Assembly: GCA_946965045.2 (NCBI GenBank)
Contig: OX337234.1
Span: 1,364,001-1,428,000 of the forward strand
Origin: Epithemia pelagica
Taxonomy: Eukaryota; Protista; Bacillariophyta
Length of the DNA: 64,000 nucleotides
Reading direction: 5' to 3'
In this document: positions 56,862 to 64,000 of the stretch, piece after piece
Layout of the letters: every line of letters begins with the position of its first letter
How positions within the stretch are numbered: position 1 is the stretch's first letter
The notes under the pieces: generated by a model
Database searches by the model: none
What the model was told of the DNA's origin: nothing
The model's input: the letters and a program-made list of their open reading frames with translations, nothing else
Program-made: the position numbers and the translations under genes

Positions 56862-57779
56862 GATAAGTTCTTTTTATTGCTCGTCGAAGAAGGAATGAAT
56901 GAAGTCAATCATCTGCGGACCCGATACCCGATTCCCGTTAGCACGCTCTAGCGTCCCATTTCAAAATAGTTTATCCGCTTGTAACTTGTAACGAGCGTAT
57001 CATTTTGAAGCTTTAGGAAATCCTCATGACTCGTTTTTCAGCCAGTCGCTCATCCTCGTGAAGAGCAGCTCGGGTAGCTACGGCTGTACCCTATCTAGCT
57101 ACTCCTACTAGGTAGCTGTTACTCCTACACAAAGGTGAAGTTTATGTACTCTCTACTAGGTTCTCCTAGGAAGACTAGGTCCATGCTTCTCTCCTATCCA
57201 TGAAGCTGAGCGAAACTATCTCGACAAGCTAAGAAGAACCAAAAACGATAACTTGTGTGCAGACTTGCGACATACTCGATACGAAACTCTTCTCTCTTCC
57301 TTGCCATAATTTGTCATTGTGGCGGTTTGGACCATGTTTCGAGTGCAGTCGATAATTGACAGATGATGTTTGACCACGTGTATAAGGATGATCGCTCCCA
57401 AGTTCGCGTCGACCTGACGACGGTAGAGTGGCTCTGCCTCACTCAGTTTGCAAGAGGACTTTTGGTGTCATTGTGTGCCGGCGGAACAAAAATGTGAAAA
57501 AGGTGCAAGACTTTTGGAGCAGAAAGCAGGCCCTGATGTAGGCACCCCGTCCCAAATTACGTCGACGGTTACGGACTCCCTAGGGTTTTCTATGTACTAT
57601 AATTATTATGAATTACCATGAAGTAATAGTCATCGTTACGCTAAGGCGTACTCGTAGCTCGACAACGCGTTGGTTGCCCGCTCGGTAAGAACGGGTCTTG
57701 CGGCTCACCAAGCCTAAGAACGGGTCTTAGCGAGACGAAGACGAGACCAAAGGAGAGAAGAACCGTCATCTCTCTCGTC

Positions 57780-60700
57780 ATGTCGTCGGAGTTGTCCTCA
57801 CGACGAGTGCTTCCACAATCCGGAGAGGATCCGACTGCTCGAGGAGAGGATCTCCCTGCAGTGACGACCAATAACCAAACGAATGAGGATCCCCACCATC
57901 CTGCGGTTGCCGCCGCGGCATTGGGTGCCGCCCCTGCCGCCACCACCACCGGCGGCGAGAGCAATGCTGCTGCTGCTGTTGGATTCGTCCTTCCACCACC
58001 AACGAATGATGGAACGACTCGAGGAGACACCACACCAACACCGCTAGGCGTTGCCGCAGCAACCACAACCACAACAGCCGTAGCAACGACAACAGGAAGG
58101 AACGGTTCTGGATCTGCCATGGACGACTCGATGCGAGGCACCACTACCACGGAGGAGGATGCACCACCCACGCCACCGACCATTACCATGGATCCAGCGA
58201 CCGTGGCCTTGGCGGCGGCCACGGGTCCGACGGTCACGATTGATGGAGAAGTGTATACGGTGGCCAGGTTAGCACCGTCGGGAGCCGTCCTGCCCTATTA
58301 TCATCATGATGCGGCGGCGGCCCTGTCCACCTTTCATTCCAAGGCCGTGGCTGCCGCGGCCGCCCTGACCCATAATCCTACCACCAACGACGACAGTAAT
58401 AACAGTACCAACCACAACAACAACAACAGTAACAACACTAGTACCACCACGGCACCTTCCTGGACATTGACGGACACCATGGCCACATCCAATGTCACTC
58501 CCGTCTTTTGTACTCCCGTGCCACCCTTGCCTTCTGTGGGTGGCAGACGGTCTCTTCCGCTCACAACGACAACAACAACGACTACTACTACTACTGCAAC
58601 GACGACGACTCCCCTGGACGAAGCCGAAGCCGCACCCGCAGCACCACCCCCCAAAAAACGGAAACGAGGCCGACCCAAAAAGGCACCACCATCCTCCACA
58701 AAGGACAACGCCACAAATGACAATGACACTACCGACGCACCACCACCACCACCGTTGCCACCACCTCTCAACCCTCGTCAACTCCAGCGGCGGAGTAAGC
58801 GTCGTCCTCGGCATCGCAAAAAACGAGAGGACTGGACGCGCCATCATAACGATCCACCCCCGTCGCATTTGGATCCCAATCTCTTCTCCCAAACCGACCA
58901 TGCCGTGTACACCCAACCATGGCAAGTGGATTGGTTGGGTCCCACCTTGCGCCACGAAGCGTCCCAACACGGATGGCCCAAAGAACAACGACCCGCCATG
59001 GCGGCGGCGGCGGCGGAAACCGAACCAGCCGCTGCGGCACCCGACACGGACGAACCCGCCACGAACCAGACGACGGCACCCGTGGCAGCAGCAGCAGCAG
59101 CAGAAACACACGAGGAGGAGGGACCCGAACCAGAGAACGACAACGACAAGGACCCAGACGACGACGACGACGAGATTCCGGACATGCCCAATGGCATGGC
59201 GGACGTGGATCGATTGGCCGCCAAAGTGGGGGCCATTTTTACCATGGGACGAGAATTTTGCAACATTTTTCAAGCCAAACAAATGGCCGACTATGTCTTG
59301 GGACCGTGGGGAGTCCGGGTGCGACTCAATAGTGGATTGCGCATTTCCTGTTCCTATGGCAATATTGACACTCCGAGTGGACGAACCAGCACCACTGCCA
59401 AACCACCCGACGGAGCAGCTGCAGCAACCACACGGGCGGCGGCGGACCACCAGGACACTGGTGATCGGGAAGAATCCGCAGACGCAGCAGAAGAAACCAT
59501 GGCCCAAGCCACAACTGAGCCCAACGATGACGAAGACGTGCCAGAGCATGGACGGCCAAATGGTACAGAGAGCAACGAGACAAACACCACAGACGGCAAC
59601 ACAATGGGGGATCTGGCCACTGCCCCTGCGACCGGCGTCAAACGACGCTTGCGTCGGGCCGCCAAACTATCCTCCATTCATTGTCCCTTTCTCATTTGTC
59701 TGGCCGCCAAACATTCGGGTGGATATGAGACGCGGGAGGGGGAAAAAGTTCCCATTCCGCGCAGTCGAAATCCTGTGTGTGTCGTGGCGCATCATTTATT
59801 ACACAATCATGAGTGCAGTGCTGATACCTATGACTATGCGGGGAAACAAGGAGGAGTCTACCGACAGCAAAAATCCTGCAATCACATGGCACCCGCCATT
59901 CGACCCATTCGACTCAATCCAGAAGAAGAAGAAGAAACCAACGACAATGACAACGAGGGAACCGACCAGAACGGACGCAATAAACCAAAAATCTTGCAGG
60001 ATCCTCGGATGGAGCAAACATCCGTGCCGTGGGGCAATTATCATTTTCCTCCGGGTGCATTGGAATACCTTCGCAAATATCCGGATAAGAAACCCATGGA
60101 TTTGAATTGGTTGTGTTCCCCCCTCCTCGAAGAAGCCGAAAAGGTGTGGCCGAAACCGGGAGATATCAGCCCCTTGTTGGTGGCCAATGCCGATCGACTG
60201 CACGAATGTATGAAACAAATCTTTTATCGGGGTCGAGAATTTTGCAACATTTATCAAGCCCATCAGTTTGGAGAATATGTCATGGGACGGTGGGGCGCCA
60301 AACTCAAACAATTTAATTCCACCGCCTTGGCCTGTTGCTACGGTCATCCCGCCAATCGAACCAAACGACGATGGGATGAGGGCATCCCATTTAAACGTCG
60401 CAAGTCGGCACCCGCCATTTCGGCTACCGGTTGTCCCTTTCAGGTACACTTTACCTTTCGCTATCGAGCAGAAGGTGGCGACGGTCGGAAACGTTTGACA
60501 CGTAGCGAAAATCCCGTCCGGGTCACCATCTTTGACTTGACGCACAATCATGACTGCAGTGCCGAATCGCTCAAGAATTTAAAACAATCCTCGGGGGCCT
60601 ATACGCAAAACTTGGAACCAAGTGCCTGGAAGGAGATCCAAGAAGTCTTGAGCGACGACGAAGAAACCGATCATGGATCGGCCTTGAGGGAAATTCTTCG

Positions 60701-61715
60701 TCCCTACTTTGCACCGACCGTGCCAATTACCTCATCCGTCCTTTCCAATGTTCGTAGCAAAGCACGGGCCATGCGGGCCAAGAACACGCAAGAGGAGGAG
60801 GAGGAGGATGACGAGAGTTTTCAAAAACGCAGCGCCATTGTGTTCCGACGTCAGTCTTACCAACCACTGGATATGGCCCTGACGCTGGAGGACCACTTTA
60901 CTTGTGTGAATGGGTTTGTGAACAATATACATAGTGAGGCCAACCCTCGAGGCAAACTTCAATGGTTTCGCCCACCCGATTGCTGGAGTGAGGAGGAGGT
61001 GGAGGAAGGGGAAAAAGGCCGCTGGCATATTGACCCTGAATCGGGAGCCCTTATCCTGTATCCCACGGCCAAAAAGTGTTTTTGGAGACGAACCCATTTT
61101 GATCCTATTGTAATTCAGGACGAAGGAGCCTTTTTGTATGCAACGCTGGATCGTTCCCGGTCCTTCACAGTGGAGTCGTCCTTTCTATTGGAGGCGGCGT
61201 GTCAGTCAGATGAAGCTGGATTAATGATACGCTACGACGAGGAACATTGGATCAAGGTAGGGATTGAACTGTCGGATGGGAAAATACGACTGTCCTGCGT
61301 CGTGACAAATGTCTACAGCGACTGGTCCAGTCATTCTTCGTCGTGGCCCTTTACGACCATGGATACGCACACTTCTCGAACCTTCCACCCCAATGTCCTT
61401 CGTCGGACGGCCCGTCGAAACATATTTCAAGCCGGTTGTGCGCTTCGAATTCATTGTCGACGAAACAATATCATTGTGGAAGCCAAACAGGATGACGACG
61501 ATGACGGGTGGGAATTGATACGTCTGGCGCACTTGATGGAAGGTACCGTGGACCTGACCGAGACGGAAGAAACCGAGAAAGATCAGGTCAAGGGGCCAAG
61601 TGCCAGTTCGTTTTGGGTCGGAGTCTTTGCCTGCGCTCCACAAGAACAACAGGGAGGACATGCTACATTCAATACTTTCCGTGTTATGGAAGGATCCAGT
61701 TATGATACCCGGTAG
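57780..61715 (+). CDS. AT-hook + two FAR1/WRKY-like Zn-finger modules + C-terminal DUF1349 (ConA-like) domain
   Basis: 1311-aa uninterrupted ORF; KKRKRGRPKK; GREFCNI...SC.YG...CPF...HNH.C twice; C-terminal CFWRRTH...DEAGLMIRYDEEHWIKVGIE...SCVVTNVYSDWS...VGVFACAP. Confidence 0.8.
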   Translation: MSSELSSRRVLPQSGEDPTARGEDLPAVTTNNQTNEDPHHPAVAAAALGAAPAATTTGGESNAAAAVGFVLPPPTNDGTTRGDTTPTPLGVAAATTTTTAVATTTGRNGSGSAMDDSMRGTTTTEEDAPPTPPTITMDPATVALAAATGPTVTIDGEVYTVARLAPSGAVLPYYHHDAAAALSTFHSKAVAAAAALTHNPTTNDDSNNSTNHNNNNSNNTSTTTAPSWTLTDTMATSNVTPVFCTPVPPLPSVGGRRSLPLTTTTTTTTTTTATTTTPLDEAEAAPAAPPPKKRKRGRPKKAPPSSTKDNATNDNDTTDAPPPPPLPPPLNPRQLQRRSKRRPRHRKKREDWTRHHNDPPPSHLDPNLFSQTDHAVYTQPWQVDWLGPTLRHEASQHGWPKEQRPAMAAAAAETEPAAAAPDTDEPATNQTTAPVAAAAAAETHEEEGPEPENDNDKDPDDDDDEIPDMPNGMADVDRLAAKVGAIFTMGREFCNIFQAKQMADYVLGPWGVRVRLNSGLRISCSYGNIDTPSGRTSTTAKPPDGAAAATTRAAADHQDTGDREESADAAEETMAQATTEPNDDEDVPEHGRPNGTESNETNTTDGNTMGDLATAPATGVKRRLRRAAKLSSIHCPFLICLAAKHSGGYETREGEKVPIPRSRNPVCVVAHHLLHNHECSADTYDYAGKQGGVYRQQKSCNHMAPAIRPIRLNPEEEEETNDNDNEGTDQNGRNKPKILQDPRMEQTSVPWGNYHFPPGALEYLRKYPDKKPMDLNWLCSPLLEEAEKVWPKPGDISPLLVANADRLHECMKQIFYRGREFCNIYQAHQFGEYVMGRWGAKLKQFNSTALACCYGHPANRTKRRWDEGIPFKRRKSAPAISATGCPFQVHFTFRYRAEGGDGRKRLTRSENPVRVTIFDLTHNHDCSAESLKNLKQSSGAYTQNLEPSAWKEIQEVLSDDEETDHGSALREILRPYFAPTVPITSSVLSNVRSKARAMRAKNTQEEEEEDDESFQKRSAIVFRRQSYQPLDMALTLEDHFTCVNGFVNNIHSEANPRGKLQWFRPPDCWSEEEVEEGEKGRWHIDPESGALILYPTAKKCFWRRTHFDPIVIQDEGAFLYATLDRSRSFTVESSFLLEAACQSDEAGLMIRYDEEHWIKVGIELSDGKIRLSCVVTNVYSDWSSHSSSWPFTTMDTHTSRTFHPNVLRRTARRNIFQAGCALRIHCRRNNIIVEAKQDDDDDGWELIRLAHLMEGTVDLTETEETEKDQVKGPSASSFWVGVFACAPQEQQGGHATFNTFRVMEGSSYDTR

Positions 61716-61895
61716 AATGGGCGAGCTTGTGTTTCAGCGTTCTGCACGAGGCGAATCACTTTTACGCTGTATTGCCTTTACATTTAATACTTTCCGTGTT
61801 ATGGAAGGATCCAGTTACGATACCCGGTCGAACGAACGAGCTTGTATTTCAGCGTTCTGCACGAGACGAATCACTTTTACGCTGCAGTGCCTACT
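61664..61895 (+). repeat. 115-bp tandem duplication spanning the stop codon of the 1311-aa gene
   Basis: catt(c/t)aatactttccgtgttatggaaggatccagtta(t/c)gatacccggt...ttcagcgttctgcacgag...aatcacttttacgctg at 61666 and 61781. Confidence 0.92.
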
Positions 61896-62026
61896 TGCTG
61901 GGCAGCCATGAATTGTGGGAAACATCTTGGCAGTCATATCTATCGGGATTGGTCCTATAAGTGGTCTTTTTGAGTTCCAGAGTCCGACAAGAAATCGTTT
62001 TCGATTCTTCTTAGCTCTTCGAGATA

Positions 62027-62185
62027 GTCTCGTTCGAGCGAAGGTTCATGGATAGGAGCCCTAGTACATGTTTTTTTTTGAAAACTTCACCTCTCTCTAT
62101 TGTAGAAGAGTCTTGTTCGAGCGAAGCTTCATGGATAGAACATGGTTTTTGAACTTCACCTCTCTCTGTTGTAGAGAAGTAAGTA
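62027..62185. repeat. ~83-bp imperfect tandem duplication
   Basis: gtct(c/t)gttcgagcgaag(g/c)ttcatggatag...aacttcacctctctct.ttgtag at ~62027 and ~62110. Confidence 0.85.
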
Positions 62186-62331
62186 ACAGCTAGAGGGTCA
62201 GTTGTACCCTATCTTACAGCATTCTCCACTTTATTTTTAGCCCCCAATGCCTCTCTGGGACAGGCCAGTAGTGTATGTCGTATAAAATAGGAGTTCTCTG
62301 GTGTGTGGGAACAATGCCCTTGATTGTTTCT

Positions 62332-63708
62332 CTAAAAACATGCACCACGTTTGCAGGCCCCTTGTCGTCGTCGTGGACCAAAGTCCCCCCATTCCGCCAG
62401 TTTGCGGACATACAAATACAAGTCTCCCTCCAGTTGGTGCAACTGGCAGGCTTGAGAGAGGCGATGTAATATTCGAGGGACCAACAATCGCAAGGGTACG
62501 CCGAGGTTTGGACCTACCCGGTCTGCGGCTCGTCGAGACTCGTTCTCCGCCAGGCGCAATTGCCAAAACTGATTGAATCCACGGTGAGCTGCACCCAAGT
62601 AATGTTGCACTCGTTGATCCAATGTGCTGTGGTAGGGCTTGCCAGCAGCCATTCGTTTCTCCTGAAGGGCCAAAGGGTACAGGGAAGGAACTGTCCTTTC
62701 AGCACGGGTACGATAGTTCAGTTCCAAAACTTTTAAGGTAGAATTGTTTTGCAAAGACATGACTATTCTCTCGACCAGTTTATCACATTCTTGTTCCGTA
62801 GCATCGTTACCAAAATAGAATGTGTCTCCAAATTTCTTCTGGAGATACAACATTTCCAGATTCAGACCGGGTAGAGATGGAACAAGAACTGTCTCAATTC
62901 CATGGAGAGTAAACTTGTTGCCATCGAGATCTAAAACCCTGAGAGTTTGGTTCTCTTGCAATGCCGTCAAAAGAGTGGCCATGCCACTATCATTTAGATC
63001 ACAGTCGTCCATTGAAAGTTCCCTGAGTGTTTTGTTTGCGACAAGTGATTCGGCAAGTCTTGAGTACACAACCGGATTGCCCACGTGGGGGTTACGAGAT
63101 AGATGCAAATTCTCCACACTTTTATTCTCAGCAAGTCCTTGTGCAAGGCCAAGTTAGCCATTTGGACGAATATGTTCCTCGACAAGGCTAACGTTGCACA
63201 AGGATGGCATGCCAACAAAAATGTCAAACAGAGATTCCTTGACACCATCTCCTTCATTCCCACATGGTCTTGACAAAGTGCCATTTGTCAAAGCCAGTGT
63301 TTCTAAACTTTTCTTTGTGCATGAGATAGTCGAAAGGATGCGTAAGAGATCACAGGGGAAACCAAAAGGGGTCCTGGATGCTACGCAGTCTATTGCAAGC
63401 GATTTGAGCCGAAATTTTCCCTCTGAGAGTATTCGAAAGAACACATTGGATCCTTCTGCCGTCACTGTAGGGCGATAGAAATCAATTCGCTCCAAGACTG
63501 TGTTATGCTGCAATGCATGGTAGAGCTGGGTCATTTCGGGTCCTCGTGCATCGAGATGATCTGCCCATACGTGCTTCTGCGAGGGATCGTTTTGTTCCAG
63601 TTTTGCCAGCACTCCTATCGAGAATGTCGAGAAATGATAGAATCGCTCTCGTTGGATGGAATCGTCATCCTCAGCGCTACTGTCGCTATCACTGGCTAAG
63701 CCTGACAT
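62332..63708 (-). pseudogene. RNI-like (NLRC3/Ran-GAP-type) LRR protein with a single in-frame TAA at 63154-63156
   Basis: Both ORFs share a frame: ...HIRPNG*LGLAQGLAENKSVENLHLSRN...LVANKTLRELSMDDC...LQENQTLRVLDLDGN...LQNNSTLKVLEL. Confidence 0.8.
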
Positions 63709-64000
63709 TTGGACTTGGAACTTCTAACAAAACTGATGCGATGTGGTGATGATGGATGATACAAAACAGGGATGCCCTCCACAAAACAACACTGCCATTT
63801 GCCATTGTGTCAGGAGTTGTGGCGGAATCCGGAATGAAGTTTTGATCGCATATTTCAACGCGACCTGAAAGCGAATGGACCAGGATTCTTCGTTATGGCC
63901 ACTGCAACCATCACACCCAACCGCGGACTTGCAGAGCATCTCATCATACAATCCCAACGAAGCTCAACAGCATTGACAAAGGCGGGACGAAACTCGGCTT

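Noticed and set aside
58269-60551. Long alternative-frame ORFs (426, 537, 250 aa) overlapping the 1311-aa gene
   Set aside because: By-products of GC-rich trinucleotide low-complexity coding sequence.

Overview
Eukaryotic nuclear DNA, most consistent with a diatom: short GT-AG introns, bipartite 'AFAP/AFVAP' plastid presequences and CoDi-like Copia elements. From left to right: (1) the left end is a minus-strand Copia/CoDi-like LTR retrotransposon whose gag and pol are in the same frame, separated by one UGA inside a hairpin; (2) 6-16 kb holds a broken kinase, a NAD(P)-binding pseudogene, a dual-specificity phosphatase, a frameshifted LRR membrane protein gene, a MITE-like element and a long hairpin; (3) 16-28 kb holds ordinary genes (SGNH-like, PP2C, ornithine aminotransferase, a small spliced plastid protein, a repeat protein, a secreted beta-helix protein); (4) 28-46 kb is a rearranged region with a Crinkler/RHS-like NTPase-nuclease gene next to a truncated LTR/gag, CK2 beta, two decaying AAA-ATPase/TPR paralogs flanking a PLD-like gene, and a sulfotransferase; (5) 46-64 kb holds PP2C, a C19orf12-like gene, an intron-containing tRNA-Asp, two ankyrin paralogs, a nucleotide-sugar transporter, a LON-N domain protein, an AT-hook/2xFAR1-like/DUF1349 fusion and an RNI-like LRR gene with one in-frame stop. 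All family calls come from motif recognition by eye; no searches were run.
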